A DNA stretch of 64,000 nucleotides from Candidatus Latescibacterota bacterium (GTDB taxonomy: Bacteria > Latescibacterota > UBA2968 > UBA8231), in assembly GCA_965204725.1 (NCBI GenBank), contig OZ242005.1, positions 2,464,001 to 2,528,000 of the forward strand, given 5' to 3'. This document shows positions 11,060 to 21,402 of the stretch, piece by piece (positions within the stretch are counted from its first letter, which is position 1; each line of letters starts with the position of its first letter). The position numbers were made by a program, and so were the translations under genes. Below the pieces are notes generated by a model. It was given only the letters and a program-made list of their open reading frames with translations. It made no database searches and was not told where the DNA came from.

Positions 11060-12339
11060 GGGGCCTCCAAGCCGCGCAGCATAAACTCGGCGTACGTGCG
11101 GGCCGTCAACACCAAGTCGCGCACGCGCACGCGCTCATCCACTCCGTGAATGCGCTCGCCCTTTACGCCATAGCCAATGCCGGGCAGGCCGCCGGCAACC
11201 GCAAAGTAATGCAGGTCCGTAAAGCCCGCGCTGAGCCGGTAGCTGGCGGCGCGGCGGCGCACGGCTTGCACGGCCCGGGCAAAGGCTTGGGGCAGGGCGT
11301 GATCGGCATCGACGACGCACGGCTCAATCCGCAAGGGCGCGGCCACCCGGCAGGGCAGCGCGGCGGCCTGCGCCACGGCGCGTCTCAGCGTGCGCTCAAC
11401 TGTAGCGAGTTGTTCGCCCGGGACTAAGCGGCGGTCCAGCGCAAAGCGGGCGCGGGCGGGCACGGTGTTGATCTTGTCGCCCTCCCCGCCCGAGAAGGTG
11501 CCGCCGATATTGAGCGTTGGGTTGCGCACCTCGCCATCGCAGTCCACATAGCGGTGCTCGGCCGCGTTGAGGCGCGCCTTGTAGGCTTGCAGCTTTTGCA
11601 CCACATCCACCATGGCTTCAAAGGCATTGACCCCTTGCTCGGGTCTCGAAGCGTGTGCGGCCTTGCCCGTCAGCTCGACCTCTAACCAGAGCACGCCGTT
11701 GTGGCCGCACCCGACCTGCGTCCCGGCCGCTCCCTCACAGACGACTGCGAAATCGGCGTTTACCAGCCCCTTGTTTACGATCCATCCCGCGCCCAATTGG
11801 CCGCCGGTCTCCTCGTCGGCCGTAAACGAACACTCAATGTTAAAAGCCGGTTGAATGTCCAGCACCTTGAGGGCCTCCACCGCCATGAGCAACGCGGCAA
11901 TCGAGCCTTTCATGTCGCCGGCTCCGCGTCCGTACAGCGCCCCGGCGACCAACCCCGGCTCAAAAGGGTCGCCGAACCGCCACGACCCCGCGCAGGGCAC
12001 CACATCGTAGTGGGCGTTGAAATGCACGGTCTGCGCCCGGCCGGCGTCCCAGCGAGCGAGCAGGTTGTAGCGCGGGAACTCGGCCGAGCCGAGCACGCGG
12101 CGCACCTCTGGGTCGGGGACGCGGTGGACTTGGGCCGACATCCCCAAGCCCTGACAGCGCACCAAGAGCGCGTCAGTCATCGCTTGGTAGTTATGCCCCG
12201 GCGGATTGACCGTGTTCACGCGCACTAGCGCCTGGGCACTGCCGAGCAACTGCTCTTGGTGCTTTTCGATGTATTGGTGTACCTCGGCCTTCACCCGTGA
12301 TTCGCTCAGAACGTGGTCTCCTTGGTCGTGAGGGGGCAC
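11056..12339 (-). CDS. M20 family metallopeptidase (ArgE/DapE-like); true start probably near 12294-12309
   Basis: HYDVVP, GRGAGDMKG, DEETGG, GKAAHAS, IHGVDE motifs. Confidence 0.92.
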   Translation of the reverse strand: MPPHDQGDHVLSESRVKAEVHQYIEKHQEQLLGSAQALVRVNTVNPPGHNYQAMTDALLVRCQGLGMSAQVHRVPDPEVRRVLGSAEFPRYNLLARWDAGRAQTVHFNAHYDVVPCAGSWRFGDPFEPGLVAGALYGRGAGDMKGSIAALLMAVEALKVLDIQPAFNIECSFTADEETGGQLGAGWIVNKGLVNADFAVVCEGAAGTQVGCGHNGVLWLEVELTGKAAHASRPEQGVNAFEAMVDVVQKLQAYKARLNAAEHRYVDCDGEVRNPTLNIGGTFSGGEGDKINTVPARARFALDRRLVPGEQLATVERTLRRAVAQAAALPCRVAAPLRIEPCVVDADHALPQAFARAVQAVRRRAASYRLSAGFTDLHYFAVAGGLPGIGYGVKGERIHGVDERVRVRDLVLTARTYAEFMLRGLEAP

Positions 12340-13787
12340 CAGCGCGCCGCGGTCAGATGATGCAGCAAGACGCCTTGGGCTTGGGGCGTACCAATCTGTT
12401 GCAGGGCGGCCGTGCTGTGCCCTTGGACGTAGCGATTCTCGTCGCTGAGGGCCGCAGCCAGCGCGTCCGTAGCCGGGGCGGCCGCCGGGCCGAAGTGGGC
12501 CAGTGCGTACGCGGCATTGAAGCGCACTTGCTCGTCCTCGTCCGCCAGCAGGGCCGCCAACGCCGGCACGGCTCCTTCGGGATGCAGCTCAATGGTTCCG
12601 AGGGCCTCGGCCACGTTGCGCCGCACCCATGGGTCTGGATCATCGCGCAGCGCACACAGGGAGACCGCGGCCTCAGCACCCGCCCGCGCCCCCATGTCGC
12701 CCAGCGCGTACGCGGCAAACCCCCGCACGTGGGCGCGCTCGTCGCTGAGGGCCGCCAGCAAGGCCGCCACCGCCTCTTCCCCCACTACACCCAGCGAATA
12801 CGCCGCGTGTTCGCGCACGTATTCGCGCTCGTCGTCGAGGGCCGCCAGCAACGGGCCTACGGCGACCGCACCCACTGCACCCAGCGCGTACGCGGCGTTG
12901 AGGCGCACCGGTTCGGCCTCGTCGCCCAGCGCCTTGAGCAGCGCGTCGAGGGCCGGGGCGGCCTTTTCCCCCAACGCGCCGAGGGCGTCGGTCGCTGCCA
13001 AGCGTTGTTCCAACGTCCCATCGAGGGGTGCGCTCGGTTGCTCGATTGGCCCGTTGGCCTCGGCGCGGCTTGGAGCACTCGCGTGCCAGTCCCATATCCG
13101 CGACCACACGACTCGATGCTTGGTGGAAGGCGCAGAGCCGTTGGCCGGCCACCCCGGGGCTTGGATGTTCCAACTGGGCCGGCTCGGCTCGCTGAGGCGG
13201 GTAAACTGAAACTTCATCATGTAGCGGTTGGCGGCCGAGTGGTTGGGCATGGCCCGGTGCCACAAGTCAAAGTGTACTAGGGTGCAAGTGCCGGCTTGGC
13301 CGCAGACGGGCAAATGGCACTCGTCCTTCTCGTCGGCTGCGCGGTCGTTGTAGTAATGCGTGCCGGGCATGACTGCGGTGGGGCCGTTTTCCATGGTGAC
13401 GTCTTGGGGGTAGTAGAAGATCATCACCCAGCGATTGCGGTGGTAACGCATCTTGTGGTAGCCCCAATAGCTGTCCTTGTGCCAGCCGCCGCCCTCGCTG
13501 CCGGGCGGATTGATGTGGCAGTGGCGATGGGCATGCATGATGTAATCCGGCCCGACCACCGACGCGAGGGCCCCTCGTATGACGGGATCGTCAAAGACTT
13601 GTTGCAACGCCGGGATGCGGGGCAGGACGTTGTTGCCGGGATTGCCCTCCTTGGCAAAGACCTCTTCGGTGCGCTGGTAGATGGCTTGGTGGAGGGAGGC
13701 GGGCAGCGAGGATTTGAGCGTGAGACAGCCCTCGGCAATGAACTGCTGCATCTCCTCGTCGCCGAGGAGGTACTGAGGGTCTAACAT
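12306..13787 (-). CDS. Phytanoyl-CoA dioxygenase (PhyH) family protein fused to HEAT/PBS-lyase repeats
   Basis: WHKD, GPTAVMPGTH, LWHRAMPN 2OG-Fe(II) motifs; C-terminal VRxxAAYALG repeats. Confidence 0.9.
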   Translation of the reverse strand: MLDPQYLLGDEEMQQFIAEGCLTLKSSLPASLHQAIYQRTEEVFAKEGNPGNNVLPRIPALQQVFDDPVIRGALASVVGPDYIMHAHRHCHINPPGSEGGGWHKDSYWGYHKMRYHRNRWVMIFYYPQDVTMENGPTAVMPGTHYYNDRAADEKDECHLPVCGQAGTCTLVHFDLWHRAMPNHSAANRYMMKFQFTRLSEPSRPSWNIQAPGWPANGSAPSTKHRVVWSRIWDWHASAPSRAEANGPIEQPSAPLDGTLEQRLAATDALGALGEKAAPALDALLKALGDEAEPVRLNAAYALGAVGAVAVGPLLAALDDEREYVREHAAYSLGVVGEEAVAALLAALSDERAHVRGFAAYALGDMGARAGAEAAVSLCALRDDPDPWVRRNVAEALGTIELHPEGAVPALAALLADEDEQVRFNAAYALAHFGPAAAPATDALAAALSDENRYVQGHSTAALQQIGTPQAQGVLLHHLTAARWCPLTTKETTF

Positions 13788-13925
13788 GAGCGGTCTCCTG
13801 AGATGATGGGAACAGGGGCGAGTTCGGCCAAAAAAGTATCGTTGGCGGCCGGATAGGGCAATCCTAGGCTAAGGGCCGCGGCCCTAAGACTTGGTGGCTT
13901 TCTGGCTTGCCGTCAGTGGTGAAAG

Positions 13926-16610
13926 TCAATACACCACCCCAACTAGGCGGGCAGCCGAGTTGGCATCCCTCGCGTCGTCGTCTATTTCAACACGGGCGAG
14001 GTAAAGGCCCGGGGATACTAACGTTCCCCCTTCGTCCCGTCCGTCCCAGACGAGGCGATACAGCCCGTTAGCCATATCGCGCTTCTCAGAAAGGCGCCTC
14101 ACTTTCCGGCCCGCCAAGTCGTAGAAGTCCACCGCTACTTGCCGGGCTACATTGACTTTGAGCACGGCAAACGAAAAGACGACCGCGTCGTTAATGCCGT
14201 CGCCATTTGGGGTAAAGGTGGCGGGGTTTACCTCGATCATCCCGATCTGCCCGCGGCGGTCGGTCGTCAATACTGTCAACCCCTCACCCGCGGCCAATTC
14301 GTCTCCGACGGGGTCTGCCGAATCGACCCGCTGCCAGTTGTCCGCTTGCGTCGAACGCCCGACCTCGGCGGCAAAAGTGGCACCGCTCAGGAAGACACGC
14401 GACGAAAAAGAGATCCGCACAATGTCCGCACTGCCTCGCCGCAGTATCCTAGGCAACTCGAATTGCAGCGTGTCGCTTGCCACCTTGGTCAACTCTAGTT
14501 CCTCCCCCGCCTCATTCTCAAAACGACCTTTTGCCACTTCGGCAAATGTTTCCTCGTTTCCGGCGGCAAATCCGCGTTCGTCTCCTAGACTCACTTGGCG
14601 CAGTTTGATATTCGCTCGCGCCGGAGCGATGAGACGGATGCGGTCGAATCCCGGATCTCGAACAGCGAAGGAGGGGCGGATGAATAGATCAAAAGCGGTG
14701 AGTTCTCCTATGGGGACATTCCGCTTGGGCTCTATTTCCCCGGCGATGCGCTCTGCCAGCGGTGCTGTGAAGTGGACTTGGATGGACTGTAGGCTGGGGG
14801 CCGCGGCCGCCTCTTTACTGAGCAGTCTCGTCTGGATCATCATATATTGCCGAGGACTGGGGGAACGCATGACTTCGCCCGGTTCGATGTAGGCTTGACT
14901 CCAGTTGCTCCAGCCCGGTCCCGGCAGGAACTCAGTAAGAATCTCTCCCCGGTAGAACGACGGCTGAGCCTCGTATTCTTCTTTGTTAGCTACCTCCGTG
15001 CCGTCTTTTTTGAAATAGCGGTTTACTTCGCGCAGATCGTTTCCCGTCCGGGTGCGGATTTCCACCGCTGTGCCCAAGGGGGTACTAGCTTCCCATTCGA
15101 TGGTAGTCAGCGTCTTAGAACTCGCCAGATCAATGAGACCGGAAGTCATCTCAATCATGGGCAGGTAGCCGTTGGCAAAGACTTGGATTTCGGTCACCGT
15201 GCTCAGTATCCGGTGCCCCTCATGGGCCCTAGTGCGGCGAGCAATGTCTAGGTTGCGGAATTCTAGAAAGCGCATCGGGCGCGGCGCAAAGCGATCCTCA
15301 AACAGCCGCGTATTCTGGTTCAGCCGCCGCGTCTCACGACTCAATTCCTCCCAGATCAAACTGCCATCGGGTGCCAGCGAGCCGTCCGAACCGCGCAACA
15401 GATAACCAATCAGGTTTCTTCCGCCGACGCGGGTAATGATGCGCACGGCATGGACTAGGAAGTGGGTGCCCAGATCTACGTTCAACAGACCCCATTCAGC
15501 GGTCTCCCCAGTGGGAAAGTAAACCATGCCCTGCCACTCGGTACGCACGTTGCCGTCAACGGCAAGTTCGGGCGAAGAATTGGGATTGACGTCGCGTAAG
15601 CTACCGCCGCGCTCTACGATTCCCAAGGCAATGTTCTCACCCACACTCCAGACCTCCACCTCGGCGAGTTGCGGCCGTTCGCGGCGGTAATAGCGCACCC
15701 CGCCCTGCTGGTCAACCGGCAACTGGTCGTAGTCATCAACCGCTACTAGACGCTCTTCGCCAGCGATTTTCCAGACGTATTCCACAGCGCCTTGGTCCTC
15801 TGCTGCCAGTGCCTGATAATCCTCGGCCGAGATCTGTTGCGCCCGCTCGCCCCTGGTGGCCGTGGCCGCGATGCGCAGGTACTGCATAAGGCGGCCGGTC
15901 CACTCCTCTGTATGAGTGCCCAGCGGTGCGAGGTCAAACTCAAAGACCCGTTGGGTGCGATTGGGCTGGGTGGTACTGCCGACCAAGGTGTAGTCCAAAG
16001 CACCGCTGCGGTCGGCCGTGCCGAAGGGGTTTTGCCCCCCGGCCGAATGCACTCTGAATTGCAGGAACGGATCCCCTGCTTCGGCAAAGCGCAAAACAAC
16101 CTTGGTGGCCGACACCAGACGGCCGAGATCAATCTCTAACACCCAGTCTTGCAGGGGATCGGCCGGGGCCGGCTCCCAAGCTGTAGCCGGATTTGCGTCA
16201 ATCGCCCGCTCCGCTAGCTGCGGATTTGAACCAGCCCTTTTGATGCCGCCGCGTGCCAGCAGGGCGTTGGTTTCGTCCTTGAACGAATTGGCGTACTGAT
16301 CCCGCAAGCTGCCATCAATGGGATAGCTAAAGTCGGCCGCATCCACTAGGGCGTTGTGCGGTACTTGTACCAATCTGGACTGCACCGAGCCAGACGGCGT
16401 TATCGTCACCATATCCCGCGGAAAATCCCAAGCCTGCCAGTGCGCCTCGGTTCGCACCTCCACCTGACCCTCGCCCAGACTGTACCCGCTCGACTGGGCC
16501 CATACCCCGTTTAGAGCCGTAGAGAAGAAAACAGCTCCACAACAAAGAACCGTGGGCAAAAGACCGGATCGCCTCGTGGTCGTCGCCGAAATCATCGAGC
16601 GGTGTCCCAT
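13926..16610 (-). CDS. Secreted protein with discoidin-like domains and C-terminal FlgD-Ig/T9SS-type domain
   Basis: Signal-like N-terminus; AID...W and IDLG...EVEV beta-sandwich patterns; FTPNGDGIND...WDGRDEGGTLVSPGLY tail. Confidence 0.8.
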   Translation of the reverse strand: MGHRSMISATTTRRSGLLPTVLCCGAVFFSTALNGVWAQSSGYSLGEGQVEVRTEAHWQAWDFPRDMVTITPSGSVQSRLVQVPHNALVDAADFSYPIDGSLRDQYANSFKDETNALLARGGIKRAGSNPQLAERAIDANPATAWEPAPADPLQDWVLEIDLGRLVSATKVVLRFAEAGDPFLQFRVHSAGGQNPFGTADRSGALDYTLVGSTTQPNRTQRVFEFDLAPLGTHTEEWTGRLMQYLRIAATATRGERAQQISAEDYQALAAEDQGAVEYVWKIAGEERLVAVDDYDQLPVDQQGGVRYYRRERPQLAEVEVWSVGENIALGIVERGGSLRDVNPNSSPELAVDGNVRTEWQGMVYFPTGETAEWGLLNVDLGTHFLVHAVRIITRVGGRNLIGYLLRGSDGSLAPDGSLIWEELSRETRRLNQNTRLFEDRFAPRPMRFLEFRNLDIARRTRAHEGHRILSTVTEIQVFANGYLPMIEMTSGLIDLASSKTLTTIEWEASTPLGTAVEIRTRTGNDLREVNRYFKKDGTEVANKEEYEAQPSFYRGEILTEFLPGPGWSNWSQAYIEPGEVMRSPSPRQYMMIQTRLLSKEAAAAPSLQSIQVHFTAPLAERIAGEIEPKRNVPIGELTAFDLFIRPSFAVRDPGFDRIRLIAPARANIKLRQVSLGDERGFAAGNEETFAEVAKGRFENEAGEELELTKVASDTLQFELPRILRRGSADIVRISFSSRVFLSGATFAAEVGRSTQADNWQRVDSADPVGDELAAGEGLTVLTTDRRGQIGMIEVNPATFTPNGDGINDAVVFSFAVLKVNVARQVAVDFYDLAGRKVRRLSEKRDMANGLYRLVWDGRDEGGTLVSPGLYLARVEIDDDARDANSAARLVGVVY

Positions 16611-16631
16611 AGCTTATGGTCCCGGTTATCG

Positions 16632-18371
16632 CTACCCATCGCTCTTGGGCGGGGCTTTCCAAGCATGGCGCTGCAAGAAGGTATCGGGCAGGGCCGCCTC
16701 CAACGCCCTAGCAGATACAGCGATCCGCTCTTTGTATTTGTCCAGCAGGTCATCAACCAAGTCTTCAAAAAGTTGCTCTCGCTTCTGGCCGCGTACTAAG
16801 GCCCGCGCCTTTTTCTCGACTTGAAAAAAGGAGGATAACTCTCCGCCCTCGCGGTTGAGAACTTTGAAAATGCTGTATCCATCTTTAAGGTGTACCGGGC
16901 CGGTTATTTTGTCGAGGCTGGCCGCCTGTACTGCTTTGAAGAGCTGCGGCTGGGTCAAGCGCTCGTACTCGCCCAGATGCATCAAGCCATCTTTCTTTTT
17001 CATATCTCGGCGAATGGTGTGCTCTTGGGCGAGCGTTCCGAGGGTCGCACCCTGTTCGATAGCGCGCAGCAAACCGGCGGCTTCCACCTCGGTCTCGACC
17101 AGCACTTCAACGACGATGTATTGGGCCGGCTCCCGGAACAACTCCTTATTGTTCTCGTAAAAGTCCCTCGCTTCCTCCCGGCTCGCCTCGGATTGGTCGA
17201 TGATCTCTTCCGCACGCAGTTGTTTGATCATGAATTCTGTGCGTATTTCCTCCAACCGCTGTTGTCCATCCGCCATCTCCTCCAACCCAGCCCGCTGCGC
17301 CGCCGCTGCCAGTAAAGCCGGTATCAGAACCAGTTCCCTCGCGGTATCAACCACCTCGGCGCTGTCCCGCATGCCCCAGCCGGACAAGGCCCGCATATCC
17401 GTCCACAGGGCATTGAGGTACTCTCTCAGCGAGACCTGTCCCCCCTTATAGGTAAAGAGGGGCTGGGCCGCTTCCTCGGCGGCCAGATGGGTGAGTCGCA
17501 CCCGGGTGTGGAGTGCCGCTTTATCCAACAGGAGCTCCACGCCCGCTGGGACTAGCTGCACGTCCAGCTTACGGACGAGGGCCGCGATTTCCACTTCCTC
17601 CTGCTCTAGGCGCTTGCGTTCGTAGAGTATATCGCGAATCTGCTGTCGTTTCTCCGCTAGCGGGACGGGCTGGTCCTGGAGGAAGCGCACGATCTGGTAG
17701 CGCGTGCCCATGGGCAGAATGGAAGACGGCTGTCCACTCGGCAGGTTGCGGAACACCTCGTCTGGAATCTGCAACCTGCGGGCCTGCTCCAGATCGATAA
17801 ACCCCAGCACTCCTCCTTGGGCAGCCGACCGTTCGTCTATGGTGTACTCGGCGGCCAGCCGGGCAAAATCCCCGCCCGCTTTGAGTTGCTCATAGACTTG
17901 CTTTGCGGTGCTGTCCTTTTCGACCAAAATGCCCGCCATCTGGCGCTTGCGGTCCAAGCCGCTGCGAGCGAAATAGGCGCGTACCTCCTCCGCGGAAACC
18001 TGCACGTTGGGTGCCAATACGAGCCGGCGATAGGTGTTGACCAAGTACTGACGCCAGTAGGGCATCACCTTGGCCTGTACCACCTCGGCGGTATCCAATC
18101 CCCGCTCTTTGGCCTCCAGTACGAGCAGGTGCTTGGCCAGCAGACTGCGCAGGTAGCGCTCCCTCACTCGGTTTCCCTGCCCAGAGAGGCGCAAGGACTG
18201 GGGCATCTCGAAGACGAAATCGCGCATCTCGGCCGCCGAGATGGAAGTAGAATCAACGCGCGCCACCACCCCGGGTTCGAGGGCAACCTCCGCATCCGGC
18301 GAACACGCCGCGAGGCTCCAGATAAGGGCCAACTCGCATCCTTGCCGAGCCCGGGGTTTTCTGTTTCTCAT
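16632..18371 (-). CDS. Parvulin/PpiC-type peptidyl-prolyl isomerase lipoprotein (two domains)
   Basis: LAAC lipobox; GGDFARLAAEYTID..SAAQGGVLG; second rotamase-like domain ending GYSIFKV. Confidence 0.85.
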   Translation of the reverse strand: MRNRKPRARQGCELALIWSLAACSPDAEVALEPGVVARVDSTSISAAEMRDFVFEMPQSLRLSGQGNRVRERYLRSLLAKHLLVLEAKERGLDTAEVVQAKVMPYWRQYLVNTYRRLVLAPNVQVSAEEVRAYFARSGLDRKRQMAGILVEKDSTAKQVYEQLKAGGDFARLAAEYTIDERSAAQGGVLGFIDLEQARRLQIPDEVFRNLPSGQPSSILPMGTRYQIVRFLQDQPVPLAEKRQQIRDILYERKRLEQEEVEIAALVRKLDVQLVPAGVELLLDKAALHTRVRLTHLAAEEAAQPLFTYKGGQVSLREYLNALWTDMRALSGWGMRDSAEVVDTARELVLIPALLAAAAQRAGLEEMADGQQRLEEIRTEFMIKQLRAEEIIDQSEASREEARDFYENNKELFREPAQYIVVEVLVETEVEAAGLLRAIEQGATLGTLAQEHTIRRDMKKKDGLMHLGEYERLTQPQLFKAVQAASLDKITGPVHLKDGYSIFKVLNREGGELSSFFQVEKKARALVRGQKREQLFEDLVDDLLDKYKERIAVSARALEAALPDTFLQRHAWKAPPKSDG

Positions 18372-18379
18372 GTCTTCTA

Positions 18380-20230
18380 TCAGTACACCACAGCGATAGG
18401 CCCCAGTCGCTCCGCCCGACCGCTGCCTGCTTCTACCGCGACGCGGTAAATGTATAGTCCTGGAGCTACCAATTCGCCTTGGTCATCTCGCCCGTCCCAA
18501 GCAGTTTGATAAAGCGCACTTCCCCCCTCTCCACGGACCAAGGCGCGCACTCGCCTTCCAGCCAGCGTGTAGATTTCCGTCTCAAGGGGCACGCCATCGG
18601 TCAGACTCAGTAAAGTATAGGAGAACTGCACTTGGTCGTTGACGCCGTCTCCATTGGGTGAAAATGGGTTGGGAACCGCCTGCACGGCACTGAGCAGACA
18701 GCCCTTGAGCGGTGTGCGGACGTCCAAGGCGTCGCTCAACAACTCGCTCATAGCATCTCCGGGCATAACGCTCTGGGGGACTGAATCGCTGTCCGCATCC
18801 GACACCGCGCCGCTGAAGGTGGTTCCATAATTGAATACTCGGGCGTCGAAATCCACTTCGAGGAGCGTCTGGTCTCGGTCGATGCGGGCAAATTGGACCG
18901 CGAACTGGTGGGGATCCGCCGGATCGAAATTCGGGGTAAAATCGACTGCTTCGCGGTCAATGCGCACCTCGTGGACGGCCTCCAGACGAGCGGGCGTCCG
19001 CACCGCTAGAACATTGAAACCCGATTGCTCCGCCTCGAGCCGAGTCCGCACCGCATAAGTGAACCGAACCGGGTCGGAGGACTCGACAAAAGGAGGGAAA
19101 ATCTCACCAATCGCCGCGGTGGCGATAGGAGGTTGAGAAAATTCAAAGAACAGCGAGTCGATCTGGCCTCCCGCCAAGCTGGCGGAAAAAAAAGCGATGC
19201 GTACTTGCACGTACTGCCGGGGGCTGGGAGAGAGCATCGGGATGCCGGCGAGTCCGTCCGCATACTCATAGGTGTGCCACACGCTCCAATTTTCCAGATC
19301 TTGGGTAATGCGCCCCTGCACATTCTGGGGCATGGCCCTATAGGCTTGGCGGCTCATGGGCCGACCGTTGGCCCCGAATGGGACTTCCTCTCCCCCCACT
19401 CCGGTCTTGCGCCAGTAGATCTCGGGCTGGTCGTCGCGGCCGCTGCGGCTCTGGATGACTACTTTCGCTCCCATATCGAGCTGACCGCTCCACCAGATGC
19501 GTCCCAAACTGGATGCTCGTCCCAGATCGATCGGGTCGGACAGAAACGAGGCTTGGGGAACAAACCCCTGACCGTACACCTCGAATTCGGCCACTTCCCA
19601 CGTCTCCCCCACTTCTAGGGGATGGAGATAGACGTGGCGTACTATCTGGGGTGGTATATCCAGTTCGACCTCTGGGCTTAGGTTGTCTTTCTCATCGCGC
19701 ACCAAGGTCCAGATGAGATTCCCCTTTTCGTTTTTGCTCTCTTCCCTGCCGTCGTTGACGTAAAGCCTGAACTGGCGAATCTTGTGCCCTACATGATCGG
19801 CGCGGGTTGCAAAGCGGACCCTTTCAATGGGGAATGGCGCCCCCAAATCGAAGAACATCGGCGTAGTATAGAAGAATCCGGGGCCGCGAAAGAAATTGAT
19901 GCGCGGCGGATGCACAAAAGCCGTAGTCGAATCGCCATCTACTACCAGTACGCGGTCGTCGAGCCAGTTCGCTGGCAGAGTGTAAATGCTCACCAAGCTG
20001 GTAATATCGCCATTCCGCTCGCCCATTGAGGCGATTAGGTTCTCGCCGCTTTCGGCGCTGAGCGGGCGGATGGCGTCCGGCACTTTTTCCACATCGATAA
20101 AGCTCAGGGCACCGCTTTCACTCCAAGGGTTTCCGGCACGGCCCCCCAGTTGGTAAAATTGGCGCGCCTCGGCCCGATAGCCCGGTCCCGTCCCCAACAC
20201 TGTCAGGACTATAATCAGGACCTGTCTCAC
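18380..20230 (-). CDS. Secreted FlgD-Ig/T9SS-type domain protein (paralog of 13926 and 24106)
   Basis: Start reassigned to GTG 20230 (AAGGAGG RBS); EFEVYGQGF, RSGRD, PSPRQYVQ; PNPFSPNGDGVND...WDGRDDQGELVAPGLY. Confidence 0.8.
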   Translation of the reverse strand: MRQVLIIVLTVLGTGPGYRAEARQFYQLGGRAGNPWSESGALSFIDVEKVPDAIRPLSAESGENLIASMGERNGDITSLVSIYTLPANWLDDRVLVVDGDSTTAFVHPPRINFFRGPGFFYTTPMFFDLGAPFPIERVRFATRADHVGHKIRQFRLYVNDGREESKNEKGNLIWTLVRDEKDNLSPEVELDIPPQIVRHVYLHPLEVGETWEVAEFEVYGQGFVPQASFLSDPIDLGRASSLGRIWWSGQLDMGAKVVIQSRSGRDDQPEIYWRKTGVGGEEVPFGANGRPMSRQAYRAMPQNVQGRITQDLENWSVWHTYEYADGLAGIPMLSPSPRQYVQVRIAFFSASLAGGQIDSLFFEFSQPPIATAAIGEIFPPFVESSDPVRFTYAVRTRLEAEQSGFNVLAVRTPARLEAVHEVRIDREAVDFTPNFDPADPHQFAVQFARIDRDQTLLEVDFDARVFNYGTTFSGAVSDADSDSVPQSVMPGDAMSELLSDALDVRTPLKGCLLSAVQAVPNPFSPNGDGVNDQVQFSYTLLSLTDGVPLETEIYTLAGRRVRALVRGEGGSALYQTAWDGRDDQGELVAPGLYIYRVAVEAGSGRAERLGPIAVVY

Positions 20231-20342
20231 CCAGTGCCTCCTTTGCTCGATTGTCACCAAGAAAACGGCGGGGTTCACAGTCGCCTGCAAACCCCGCCTG
20301 AAAATGCCTTCAACGTCTGTGGTGCAGGCAGTCGAGTCGGCC

Positions 20343-21218
20343 TTATTGGAAGGTAGCCTTGATCTGGCCCCAAGTGTTGGCCTCGACCGAGGTAGGTCCG
20401 GCGTCGGGCAATCCCTCTTCAATGGGGGCCAGCAGATAGTCGCCGAACTGGTCGGCATCCCTAGAAGCACCTATGCCGCCAAAACCGGACCAGTAGGCAT
20501 CGTCGTAGGAGCCGGGATCGGCATCCTTGTCGCCCCAGTTGACCTCTAGGCCGACGACCGTGCCTTCCACCCAATTGTGCCTGATACTTTGCTCGGGGCC
20601 GTCAGGGTGGATGTCGTCAAAGGGCACGATAGAGTATTCGCCGAACATTTCGGCTGGCTCTTGGGTATCGACATTGCCGCGGAGAAACCGGCCGGCCCAC
20701 TCCACGTACGGGGACTGGCCCGCCCACGCTTTGGAGCCATCGATAATCCGGGTATAATAACCAGAAGAACTGAAAATCGGGCCGGCCAGATCGTAGCGCT
20801 GGGCTTGGGCGCTGGCCCAGCGGGTCTCGAAGTCATCCCCTTGGTCGAAACCGCGAAAGATGCCGCCCGTGTGATCCCAATCCGTGGTCGTCGACCACTT
20901 CTCGGTGTTGTTGATAAAATCGTCGGCGATCCAAGCTCCAAAATAAGCCTTGCCATCGTTGATGTTGTAGCCCCAGACGAGCCACGCATTGAAATCGCTC
21001 AAATCCATGGGGGCTCCGAACTGGTTGAACATGGTTTCGGCTTTGATCTTGTACACATCGCTGACAATGTCCCAGTCCGACATATCGCCATCCAACACCG
21101 GAGTCAGATGATCCGGGAACTGGAACATGAACTTCATCTCGCCTTGGTGGCCAAAAGCCGCGCCGACCACGAAGGCCGAGACCAGTAAAGCAACTGATAC
21201 CTCGTAGATCCTCTTCAT
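20343..21218 (-). CDS. Secreted CBM9/DOMON-like protein with TWGQIK C-terminal tail
   Basis: Start MKRIYE at 21218 (AGAGG RBS); signal peptide; PVLDGDMSDW motif; ends PTSVEANTWGQIKATFQ. Confidence 0.7.
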   Translation of the reverse strand: MKRIYEVSVALLVSAFVVGAAFGHQGEMKFMFQFPDHLTPVLDGDMSDWDIVSDVYKIKAETMFNQFGAPMDLSDFNAWLVWGYNINDGKAYFGAWIADDFINNTEKWSTTTDWDHTGGIFRGFDQGDDFETRWASAQAQRYDLAGPIFSSSGYYTRIIDGSKAWAGQSPYVEWAGRFLRGNVDTQEPAEMFGEYSIVPFDDIHPDGPEQSIRHNWVEGTVVGLEVNWGDKDADPGSYDDAYWSGFGGIGASRDADQFGDYLLAPIEEGLPDAGPTSVEANTWGQIKATFQ

Positions 21219-21402
21219 TGCAATACCTCTTTTTTTGGTTGGTGTGAGGACATTGCGCCCCTTGCTGCCCAAGCGGGCCGCCTGAAACGACGACTGTATC
21301 TTTCTCCTCCTTTCTGCTGCCAACAGATCGTCTCGTCTATTAGAGCAATATAGCTTCAATATCAATTTTAACCTAACTCAACTTTGAAGCCGGTCAAATC
21401 CA

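Noticed and set aside
20231-20470. N-terminal extension of the tracked 696-aa ORF
   Set aside because: Overlaps the upstream gene; a strong RBS and signal peptide begin at GTG 20230.
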